DNA of 32,000 nucleotides. It comes from an uncultured archaeon. GTDB taxonomy: Archaea > Iainarchaeota > Iainarchaeia > Iainarchaeales > DATDZZ01. The stretch is from assembly GCA_964373795.1 (NCBI GenBank), contig CAYJVY010000006.1, positions 30,001 to 62,000 of the forward strand. The letters run 5' to 3'. The notes beneath the pieces were generated by a model. That model was not told where the DNA came from. It was given only the letters and a program-made list of their open reading frames with translations, and made no database searches. The position numbers and the translations under genes are program-made. Shown here piece after piece: positions 15,897-27,200 of this stretch; within the stretch, counting starts at the first letter, position 1, and every line of letters starts with the position of its first letter.

Positions 15897-18170
15897 TTAC
15901 CTATTTTTCTTTTTTCTCTTAACAGTGAATAAATAGTATCCTGTAATTAAAAGCAATAAAACTGCTCCTATTCCTAGTGCAGTGTTTTCAATTCCTCCAA
16001 GTCCAAGTAAACCAGTTGGAGGAGTCTTCAATTCAATTGCTACACAGCTTCCATTACTACAAACCTTGTTATCTGCACAAGAAATTCCGTTTACTTCATT
16101 TGAATAACTACAAGTTCCATTAGAAGAATTACAAGAATCAATTGTACAAGGATTATTATCGTTACAGCTTATGCTCTCACATAAGTTAGATGTTTTTGGC
16201 TCTGAAGTAATTGTTTTGGATTTTTCAGGCAAGGTTAAATCAACAACTAAAGGAGCAGCAAATAAATTAAATGCTTCTTGAGTAACTTTTTTCTTTACAG
16301 TGTAACTTAGTTTAACTGTCTCTCCAGCCTTTAATTCTTTTACAATGAATTGAATTACTGGATCAGATTTTAATACAATGAATTCAAAGCTGCTTGAAAG
16401 CTCGTTTGCATCAAATGCAATTTCTTTTGGCACTACTTCAACTACTTTAACATTTTTCAAAATTTCTGTTCCAGGATTTGAAACGCTTACCCCAATAGTT
16501 GAAGCAAAGCTTTCCTTGCTTCCTTGAACAGTTTTTTCTACTTTTAAGTCTCTTGAAAATTCAACTCTATTATTTAATGCTTCTAATGCAACTGAATTTT
16601 TTTCAACATTAATTTCTTCTAAAACTTTTTTAATTGAATCAGGAGTTACTTTAACTTCTTTATTTGTTTCCAATTCAATAGTTGTTTTAGGCTGTAAAGG
16701 AGTTGTAGGACTTCCGCCAGGTGCAGGAGGATTAGTTGTTCCTCCACCACTATTTTGACTAGGAGCAGCATTAACTACTACTGAGACACTTAAATTATTG
16801 TCTGTTTCACTTGATTCATTGAAAGAGTTTTCAGGATCTAATGAAAAAGTATAAGTGTGAGTTGCAACACTTGAAGGAGTAATTGAATAAGTTAAAGTTT
16901 TTTCTTGTCCTGCAGTTAAATCAAGTGATTGACTATTTAAATCAGTTGAACCTTCTTTTAATTTCACTGTAACTCCAATTACAGAGCTTACTTGAGACTT
17001 GAATACAGCAGTTAAAGTTACACTGCTTCCAACAGTAATGCTTGAACTTGAAGCAGTAAAGGAAACTGCATTTAAATCAAAGCTTCCAGGATTGCTTGGT
17101 TGAACAGTAATTAATTGATTTAAATCATTGTTTGTTTCACTGCATTCAGCAATTGCTTTAGAGCCATCTGCTACTACTTTTACTACATGATTTCCTGTTT
17201 TATTCGAAGTATTCCAATCTATTGAAACAGTTACAGAACTATTTGCATCCAAAGAAGAAACAGTATTCTTGTCAATTTGTCCTTGAGAATTCAAGAAATT
17301 AACATCAAAAGGAGTTGAAATATTTGTATCTCCAGTGTTTTGAATAACTGCGGAAATTCTTACAATGTTTCCATCAATTGGATTAGAGTTATTAAAAGTT
17401 AAATCTGAAACCCTTAAATTAGGGCCAACAAAATTAAAGTCCTTGCTTATACTAACGCTTGGCTTTGGAGTTCCATTCAAGTTTTGATAAGTAACAATTG
17501 CTCCAAGAGAAGTGCTTCCACAAGTTAAAGGATTTACATTAAAATGCCTTGAATTAGAAGCATTAGATCCGGCTAATTGAAATCCAGCATAAGCTGAAAC
17601 ATTTGAATCAAATACAGTTGAAGTAGAAGGATTTAATGACACAACTACATGATTTGCATCTTGAGCTCCTTTATTTGTCATTAAAACTCCAAAAGTAAAA
17701 GGCACTCCAAGAGTCTGAGTTCCTGAAACAGAAGGAGAAATTCCTGCATTCAAATCAGCTTCATATTCAACAGTATGATTAATGTCACATAAAGGTAAAA
17801 CACTGTTTACATCAGTTAATTTAAAGTTTACATCAAAAGACGTAGTTGAATTATTCATGTCAAAAGAATAACTTGCAGTTGAATGACTAATTGAAACATT
17901 ATTTGAACTAATTAAGTTCACTCCAGCTGGAACAAAAATATTCAAGTCTTCAAAAGCATTTGCATTGCTTGTTCCAAAATATTTTGGAGGAGGTAATCCA
18001 TCTATATATCCATTTTGATCTGTAACTGAAACAGTGAAAGTTCCATTTGAATAATCAGAGGTAACTTTAAAACTAATATTTGAACAAACAGTTGTAGAAC
18101 TAGTAGCAGCTTGAACGCTGGACAAGAATGCAAGTAATGCAATCAAAACAAAAAACTTTGAATAATTCAC
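15897..18170 (-). CDS. Secreted, C-terminally membrane-anchored surface protein: beta-sandwich/CARDB-like domains, Pro/Gly linker, Cys-rich CTxDxC stalk, TM helix and basic tail
   Basis: The preferred start is the GTG at 18170, preceded by GGTGA with a 4-nt spacer; the track start at 18185 is a TTG. The signal peptide is MNYSKFFVLIALLAFLSSVQAA. CARDB-like endings are CSETNNDLNQLITV and ESSETDNNLSVSVVV. The linker is PSQNSGGGTTNPPAPGGSPTTPLQP. The Cys-rich block CESISCNDNNPCTIDSCNSSNGTCSYSNEVNGISCADNKVCSNGSC resembles the Dictyostelium CTDC repeat. The C-terminus is GIGAVLLLLITGYYLFTVKRKKKNR. N-x-S/T sequons are abundant. Confidence 0.85.
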   Translation of the reverse strand: MNYSKFFVLIALLAFLSSVQAATSSTTVCSNISFKVTSDYSNGTFTVSVTDQNGYIDGLPPPKYFGTSNANAFEDLNIFVPAGVNLISSNNVSISHSTASYSFDMNNSTTSFDVNFKLTDVNSVLPLCDINHTVEYEADLNAGISPSVSGTQTLGVPFTFGVLMTNKGAQDANHVVVSLNPSTSTVFDSNVSAYAGFQLAGSNASNSRHFNVNPLTCGSTSLGAIVTYQNLNGTPKPSVSISKDFNFVGPNLRVSDLTFNNSNPIDGNIVRISAVIQNTGDTNISTPFDVNFLNSQGQIDKNTVSSLDANSSVTVSIDWNTSNKTGNHVVKVVADGSKAIAECSETNNDLNQLITVQPSNPGSFDLNAVSFTASSSSITVGSSVTLTAVFKSQVSSVIGVTVKLKEGSTDLNSQSLDLTAGQEKTLTYSITPSSVATHTYTFSLDPENSFNESSETDNNLSVSVVVNAAPSQNSGGGTTNPPAPGGSPTTPLQPKTTIELETNKEVKVTPDSIKKVLEEINVEKNSVALEALNNRVEFSRDLKVEKTVQGSKESFASTIGVSVSNPGTEILKNVKVVEVVPKEIAFDANELSSSFEFIVLKSDPVIQFIVKELKAGETVKLSYTVKKKVTQEAFNLFAAPLVVDLTLPEKSKTITSEPKTSNLCESISCNDNNPCTIDSCNSSNGTCSYSNEVNGISCADNKVCSNGSCVAIELKTPPTGLLGLGGIENTALGIGAVLLLLITGYYLFTVKRKKKNR

Positions 18171-18174
18171 TTCT

Positions 18175-18179
18175 TCACC
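18175..18179 (-). promoter_or_regulatory. Shine-Dalgarno GGTGA, 4 nt upstream of the GTG start of the 757-aa surface gene
   Basis: The minus strand reads TATGGTGAAGAAGTG. GGTGA is complementary to the conserved archaeal 16S 3' end, and the geometry is identical to that of the giant gene. Confidence 0.55.
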
Positions 18180-18248
18180 ATACAAAATAAATCTTAAATG
18201 TTGTATATATTACTGATTTTTAATATATAAATATTCTTCTTTTAAACA

Positions 18249-21200
18249 TTATGTAACAGTTACAACCCTTGTTACAGTTGCCTGATCTAATGTATTTGCT
18301 CCTGCTTTAACTGTAACTAGATAACTTCCAGGGTTTGGCATATTCATTTGCCAATAATAATCTTCACTTGATAACTTGTTTACATCTAGTGAAGCATTTG
18401 CATTTGCTCCAGCTGATTCTGATGCAACTACATTGAATACTCCGTTTACATCTACTTGGATTGGCAAACTCTTGAAATTCTCTTGGCTTTGAGTAAAGTT
18501 TTCAAACACAGCTATTGTGAAAAAGTTTGCCCCAGCAGTTACACTTGAAGGAGGGTAATTGCTTGAATTAAAGAATCTTGCATTAATTGTGTCTACAACA
18601 CTCCAAACAGTTAAACTATAGTCTTTTGAATTATCTGTAGTACTAGTTTCTCCTGTTACTGGAACTGCATGAACTGTTAAAATAGTTGAACCCTTGTTAT
18701 TTGCATCCCATGAAAACCTCATTGGAAGAGTTTGACCTGCAGCAATCCTCACTACATTGTAATCAAATATAATTGTTCCAGTGGATGGATTGAATGCCTT
18801 TAATTGAACATTTACATCTTCTGAAACATTTCCTGCATTGAATACATTTGCATCAACTGAAATGTCTTGGTTATACAAATAAGTTGTAGTGCTTGCTTTT
18901 CCGTAAACAATTGAATCAACTCTTACATCATGTGTTGCTTGAACAGTTACATTTTTTGTTTTATTATTATCACTTAAATTTACTTCTCCTGTTACAGAGT
19001 CAACTGAAACCTTTAATTCAAATACTCCTTCACTTGTTGGAGTGAAATTAAATGAATAAATTGCAATTTGTCCTGGAGCAAGATTAGTTAAAGTAACTGT
19101 TTCTTGTAATACTCCATTCACAAAAAAGCGAACATTACTTGACTCTAAAACATTTCCAATATTTGATATATTTGCATCAACTACTGTAGTTGAATTAATT
19201 GCTACTGTTCCAGGAGCGGAAAGAGAATCTGTTCTCAAATCATGACTTGCAATGCTTACAACATTAAATGAAAAAGATTTCACTGCTTGAGTTCCAAGTT
19301 TATCTGAAACAAATACATTTACATCATGGCTTCCAACACTTAAATTACTTAAAGAAGTAAAAGTTACTTTATTTGCTGAAACATTTGCATTAGCAGTTAC
19401 GTTATTGCCGTCCAAAAATAATTGCACTGAATTCAAGTCAACTCCGCTTAAAGCATCGTTAAAGTCAGCAGAAATTGTTGGAGTTTGATCTGAAGTATTT
19501 TGATCTTGTCCTGGAATTAAATTAGTTATTGTTGGAGCATTACTATCAAAAAACACTGTATCTAATACACTTGAACTAGTGTTTCCTACTGCATCAACAA
19601 ATTTAACGTACACTCCAACTAATCCATTAATTCCATTACATCCAAACGCAGTGTCCATTATATTAAAGTCTGAGTAAGTTGTAGCGAATGCAATGTTGCT
19701 TGTGTATGCAATGTCATTACAAGAAAATTTCATGAATTGAACAGATGTTGTAGCATCGCTTGCAGTTAATGCAAGTGAAGGTTTTTGATTTTTAGTGAAA
19801 GTATTTCCATCTGCAACTACAATTGAAGTTCCTGTTGGAGCAGTTTTATCAACTCTTACATTTAATGTTGTATTTGATTGATTGTTATCTGCAAAGTCAA
19901 CTGGCTTTACTCTAAATAAATGATTTCCATCACTTAAAGTATTTGAAACAACAAAGCTCCAATTAGTTGAACCATTCGCGTCTGTAAAAGAGTTTCCATC
20001 AACATTTAATTGAACTTTTCTTATTCCTGTTTCATTGTCAACAGCTGTTCCACTTAAAGTTAGTGGGAAGTCTGAAGCATTTAAGTCAACATTATTTGTT
20101 GGAGAAGTAAATGATGCACTTGGATTATTTAAATCAACATGAATTGTTATAATAGATGAATTTAATCCATTTAAATCTAAATTATCTTGAGCTTTTACTA
20201 CTAAATTATAATCTGCCTGAGTTAGTGCACTTAAAGTGAAACTCCAGGAAGTAGTTCCATTAGCGTCTTGGAAGCTTGTTCCGTTATCTGTTGAAACAAA
20301 TACTTTTTGTACTCCGCTTCCAGTTCCATCTGAAGCAGTTCCTGAAACAGTTAATGGGAAAGAATTATTTCCAGCATTAAAGTCTGAAACAGGGGAAGTA
20401 ATTAAAGCAGTTGGTTGAGTTGAATCAAATGAAACTGAGTCTGAAACCGCAGTTGAAGAATTTCCAATTACATCTTCAAATCCTGCGTAAACTGTTTTCA
20501 ATCCATCTCCACTAGTACATCCAAATGCTGGATCTAACATATTGAAATCAGAGTAACTTGTAGCAAAAGGAATATTTGAAGTGAAAGTTATATTATCACA
20601 ACTGAAACGCATGAATGCAACTCCTGTTCCACTTCCGTCTGAGGCATTTAAAGTTAAAACAGGTTTTTGCGCATTAGTGAATCCTAAAAGATTTGCAATT
20701 GAAATACCTGTATCAGTTGGAGGAGTTTTATCAACAGTTAAAGTAATTGAAGCAGGAGTTAAATCATTATTGTCTGCATAATCTCTTGCTTTTGCTTTCA
20801 AAGTATAATTTCCATCAACTAAAGTTGGAACATTAAAAGTCCAAGAACTTAAATCATTTGCGTCTGCAAAAGTCAAACCATTATCTAGGCTTACAAATAC
20901 TTTTGTTAAACCTGTTCCAACATCTGAAGCTGTTCCAGTAATTGTTAAAGGAAATTGAGCTGCATTTAAGTCTCCTGAAGGGAAAGTAATTACAGTATTT
21001 GGATCAACTAAATCTACATGTAATAATTGAGTTGTTAAACTTACTTGGTTTTGATCTAAATTGTCTTGAGCTTTTGAAATAATATTATAATCTCCTGAAG
21101 TTAGAGATGCAATTGAAAAACTCCAGTTAGTTGAACCATTTGCGTCTGCAAATGTTGCACCATTATCTAAGCTTATGAATACTTTTTTCACTCCTGCACC

Positions 21201-24200
21201 TGAATCAAAAGAGGTTCCTGAAACAGTTAATGGAAATGCATTTAATCCTGCATTGAAATCATTTACAGGACTTGAAACACTTGAAGTAGGAGGAGTTGTG
21301 TCAAAGAAAATTGAATCCAAAACTGAAGCAGATTCATTTCCAACTGCATCAGTGAATTTAACATAAATTCCAGTTAAACCATTTAATCCACTGCAACCAA
21401 ATGCAGGATCTATCATGTTGAAGTCTGAGTAAGTTGTTGCAAAAGCAATGTTGTTTGTGTATGCAATATCATTACAAGAAAATTTCATGAATTGAACAGA
21501 TGTTGTAGCATCGCTTGCTGTTAAAGTTAGATCTGGTTTTTGATCGTTTGAAAAATTATCTCCATTTTGAATTACAATTGAAGCTCCAATTGGAGGAGTG
21601 GAATCAACTATAATGTTTACGTCAGTGAAACTTGTTTGATTATTGTCAGCGAAATCGTTTGCTTTTGATTTCAAGGTATGAACTCCATCTGTTAAAGGAG
21701 TTGAAATTACAAAGCTCCAAGCATTAGAGCCATTTGCGTCTGTAAAACTTGTTCCACCATTAGTTGAAAGGAATACTTTTCTTACCCCAGTAAATGCATC
21801 GCTTGCAGTTCCGGAAATTGTTATTGGAAATTCATTTGCATTAAAATCTGATCCATTTAACGGGCTTGTAATTGTGCTTGAAGGAACAACTGTGTCAATG
21901 TGTAATACTAAAGGACCAATTGAAGGAGAATTTTGATCTAAGTTATCTACTACTCTAATGAATATATTATAGTTTCCATCTACTGGGCTTCCAAGGTTTC
22001 TAGTCCAATTAGTTGTTCCAGTTGCCAAGTTAGGAAAAGTTAATCCTCCATTAGTTGAAACAAATACTTGTTTTACTCCACTTCCTGCATCGCTTGCAGT
22101 TCCAGTTAAAGTTAAAGGCAATGCATTTGCTCCTGCATTAAAGTCTTGAACAGGTGAAACAAATGCTCCAGTTGGAGCAGTAGTGTCAAAGAATATTCCA
22201 TCTGAAACAGCTGTTGAAACATTATTCAAATCATCTGCAAATCTTGCAAAAATTGTTTTATTTCCATCTACAGAATTACATCCAAATGTTGAGTCAAGCA
22301 TATTAAAGTCTGAATATGAAGAAGCAAATGAAACATATGAAGTGAAACTTACATTATCACAAGAGAATTGCATGGATGCAACATTTGTTAATGCATCAGT
22401 TGATGCAAGAGTTAATGAAGGCTTTTGAACATTAGTAAAGTTTGCTCCGGATGCAATTGAAATTAAATTATTTATTGGAGGAGTGGAATCAAATAAAAAG
22501 TTCACATCAGTCGAAACTGATTGATTATTGTCTGCAAAGTCTTGAGCTTTAACTTTAATTGAGTAATTGCCGTCTGGAAGAGAGGGAATTGAAAAACTCC
22601 AAGAATTTGTTCCAGTTGCTTCAGTGAAAGAAATTCCTCCATTAGTTGAAACCAAAACCTTTTTCACTCCAACATTATTATCTGAAGCAGTTCCAGTTAA
22701 AGTAAAAGGCATGTTTGCATCTGAAAGCCTTGCATTATTGGCTAGATTTGAAATCACTGAATTAGGAGGAGTTAAATCAACATGCAATAAAACAGTTGAA
22801 ACACTGGATTGATTTTGATCCAAGTTATCCATTGCTTTTACTTGAACTAAATAATCTCCTGCAGTTAAACTTGATTTTGAAAAACTCCAGGAAGTAGTTC
22901 CATTTGCGTCTTGGAATGAAGCTCCTGAATCAAATGAAAGCCATACAGTTTTCACTCCGCTTCCAGTTCCATCGCTTGCAGTTCCACTTAAAGTTAATGG
23001 GAAAGAATTATTTCCAGCATTAAAGTCTGAAACAGGACTTGAAACATTTGAAGTAGGAGGAGTTGTATCGTAATTAACTACTTTACTAATTTGAGTTGAA
23101 GAATTTCCTGTAAAGTCTTCAAATACAACGAATACTGTTTTGTTTCCATTTCCTCCAATGCAACCATTTACTGGATCTAAAATATTGAAATCAGAATGAC
23201 TTGAAGCAAATGCAACATTTGCAGGGTAATTCAAGTTATCACAAGAAAATCTCATGAATTTTACTCCTGTAACAGCATCTAGAGCAGCTAATGAAAGTAA
23301 TGGTTTGGATAAATTAGTGTATCCAACTCCGTTTGCAATATTCATGTCAGCATTAGTTGGAGGCAAATTATCTACTCTGAAATTCAAATCCGCAGTTAAA
23401 GAATTATTGTCTGCAAAGTCTTGAGCTTTAACTTTTACTTGATACAATCCATCTGCAGGCAAAGAAATAGATTTACTCCAAGAAGTTGTGCCAGTTGCAA
23501 GAGTAAAAGTTAAACCATTGTCAGTTGAAAGCCATGCCTGTTTCACTCCAGTTCCAAACCCATCTAAAGAAGTTCCATTAACATTTAATGGGAACGCACT
23601 TGAAGTATAATTTGAATCATTTGAAGGAGAAGAAATTGCAATAGTTGGAATGGTTTTGTCTACGTGAATTAAAATTCTTTGAGGAACCTCATTTTGATCT
23701 AAATTGTCTTGACCTTTAACTAATACATTGTAATCTCCATCTGATAAATCTGAAATTATAAAGCTCCAAACACTTGTACCAGTTGCTTCAGCAAATGTTA
23801 CTCCATTATTTGTTGAAACAAATACTTTTTTCACTCCACTTCCAGTTGAATCAGCTGAAATTCCGGAAACAGTTAAAGGGAATTTACTTGCATTAAAATT
23901 TGAATCATCTGCTGGACTTAAGATAACTGAACTAGGGGCAGTTGAATCAAAGAAAATTGCATCTTGAAATGCATTTGATTCATTTCCAGCAGTATCACTA
24001 AATTTAACATAAACTGTTTTGTTTCCATCACTTGAAGTGCAACCAAATGCTGAGTCAAGCAAATTGAAGTCTGAGTAAGTTGTAGCGAATGCAATGTTGC
24101 TTGTGTAAGCAATATCATTACAAGAAAATTTCATGAATTGAACAGAGGTAGTAACATCTAAAGCTGTTAAAGTTAGTGAAGGTTTTTGTGCATTAGTAAA

Positions 24201-27200
24201 GTTTGCTCCAGATGCAATTAATATTGTTCCAGTTGGAGCAACTGAATCAACTACTACATTAATATCTGTTAAAACGCTTTGATTGTTGTCTGCAAAGTCA
24301 TTTGATTTTACTGAGATTGAATAATTTCCATCTATTGGTTGAGTAAATACATTATTCCAGTTACTTGTTCCAGAAGCCAATTCAAAGTTATTACTTGAAC
24401 CAAATCTAATCCAAACTTTTTGCACTCCAGTATTGTTATCTGAAGCAGTTCCAGTAACAGTTAAAGGAAAATTACTTGCCTTAAGTTCAGCTCCATTTAA
24501 AGGAGAAACAATTACTGAACTTGGATTAGTTAAATCAACATGTAATAGTTGTGGAATAGTTGTTGAACCATTTAAATCTAAATTATCTTGAGCTTTTACT
24601 ACAAGAGTATAGTCTCCTTGAGTTAAAGACGTTAAAGTATAAGTCCAATTAGTTGTCCCTGTAGCTAAGTCAAATGAATTTCCATTGTTTGTTGAAACCC
24701 AAACTTTTTGCACTCCTGATCCAGTTCCATCGCTTGCAGTTCCGGAAACAGTTAATGGAAAGGAATTATTTCCTGCATTAAAATCACTTATTGGATTAAC
24801 TAAAACAGCATTAGCTCCAGTTGAATCAAAGAAAATTGTTTCACTTGCAATTGCATTATTATCTACAAGATCTTCAAATGCAACGAAAACAGTTCTATTT
24901 CCATCTATAGTTGAACAACCAAATAATGGATCAACTATATTGAAATCAGAATGAGTTGAATTAAATGCAATGCGTGAAGTAAATGGACCGCTTGCAGAGC
25001 AACTGAATTTCATGAATTGCACTCCTGTTGTTGCATCACTTGCATTCAAAGACAAAGAAGGTTTTTGTTTATTTGTATACAAAGCATTACTTTCAATATT
25101 TACATCAGCATTAGTCGGAGAAGTTGAATCAACTCTTACATTAATTGAAGTTAAAGATAATTGATTATTGTCAGCTGCATCTTGAGCTTTAATAATTAAA
25201 TTATGATTTCCATCAGTTAAAGGATTGGAAACAATAAAATTCCAAGAAGTAGTTCCAGTTGCTAAATTAAATGAAACTCCTTCATCTAATGAATACCAAA
25301 TCTTTGAAACCCCTGAATTATTGTCAGCAGCTGTTCCGGAAACAGTTAAAGGAAAATTTCTTGCATTCAAATCAGCATTATTTAATGGACTTGAAATTAT
25401 TGAAGTTGGACGAGTTTTATCTACTTGGAATACGCCTCCTAAAAATTCAACAAAATTATTATCCAAGTTATCTATTACTTTAACATATAAATCATGAGTT
25501 CCTTCACTTAAATCAAATACTAAAAAATTCCAATCATTTGCTGTAACTTGATTTCCATCAACAAAGTTTCCTGAATCTAATTTAAATTGAACTTTATTTA
25601 ATCCTGATCCTGAATCACTTGAATTAATTGGATAATTAAATGGGAATGCATTCAATCCATATCCTCCTGGAGGGGTTGCGCCAACTGCATTAATTTGAGG
25701 AGCAGTTGAGTCAAAGAAAATATTTTTACTTACAGTTGAAGAAAAACCAACATAGTCAGTAAATTTTGCATAAACAGTTCTATTTCCATCAGCAGTAGTA
25801 CAACCGGTTGCAGGATCTAAGATATTGAAATCCGAATGAGTAGTTGCATAAGCAACATTTGAAGAATAATTTACATTGTTGCAAGAAAACTGCATGAAGT
25901 TAATTCCTGTAACAGAGTCTTCAGCTCTCAAACTCAAAGCAGGTTTTTGTTTTCTAGTAAAGTTTGCTCCTCCTTCAATGTTTAAATCCAAATTTGTTGG
26001 AGCAATGAAATCTAACCTGTAATTCACATCAGTTGTTATAGATTGATTATTGTCAGCGAAATCTTGAGCTTTAACTTTTAAAGTATAAAATCCTTCTTGC
26101 AATGCATCTGGATTAAAAGTATAACTCCAATTAGTTGAACCATTTGCATCTCTGAAAGTAACTCCACTGTCAAGTGAAACAAATACTTTTTTTACTCCAA
26201 CATTATTGTCAGCAGCAGTTCCACTAAAAGTAATTAAACTAAATTGATTAAAATTTGCGTCGCTTACTGGAACAGTAACAGTACTAGTTGGAGGAGTTAA
26301 ATCAACATGAACAACTGTAAAAGTATTGTCAGCTGTGTTTGCTAAATTATCTGTTAATCTAAGAATTACTGCATGATCTCCTGCAGTAATAGAGTTGAAA
26401 ATAAATGAAACAATTGGAACACTTATATTATTTGCATCAACAAAAGTTAAACCATTATCTAAACTCAATTGAGCTCTTAAAAGACCAGATCCATTATTTG
26501 GATCACTTGCATCAAATGCAAATGTGTAAGGGAAAGAATTTACTCCAATGTTTGCGTCAACGTTTGAAGCTGAAATTCCTGCAGTAGGAGCTGTTGAATC
26601 ATAAAACACTTCATCTGAAACAGCAGTTGATTCGTTTCCCACTTCATCTAAAAATTTCACGAAAACAGATTTATTTCCATCACTTGAATTACATCCAAAA
26701 GCTGAATCTAATAAATTAAAATCTGAGTAAGTTGTTGCAAAAGCAATGTTGTTTGTGTATGCAATGTCATTACAAGAAAATTTCATGAATTGAACAGATG
26801 TTGTAGCATCGCTTGCAGTTAATGCAAGTGAAGGTTTTTGATTTTTAGTGAAAGCATTTCCATCTGCTACAACAATTGATCCAGTTGGAGCAATAGTGTC
26901 AAAAACAAAGTTTACATCAGTTAAAACTAATTGATCGTTGTCAGCGAAATCTATTCCAGTTACTTTTAAATTATTTAATCCTTCAATTGGAGTCAAACTT
27001 GGAATACTCCAAGAAGTTGTTCCAGAAGCATTTTGGAATTGCGCTCCATTTAAAGAATATAAAACCTTTTTTGCCCCAGTAAACGCATCTGAAGAAGTTC
27101 CTGAAACAGTGCTTGCGAAAAAACTTGTAGAACTATATTTTGCATTATTTGTTGGAAAAGAAATTGTGCTTGAAGGCCTTGTTAAATCAACTGTAATTCT

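Noticed and set aside
19660-26860. Near-identical ~100-140 bp segments as a possible diversity-generating retroelement template/variable repeat pair
   Set aside because: Both copies are in-frame homologous positions of the same repeat unit. The mismatches flanking the identical core are not adenine-specific (a/t, g/a, t/a and c/t were seen). No reverse transcriptase gene lies in the window.
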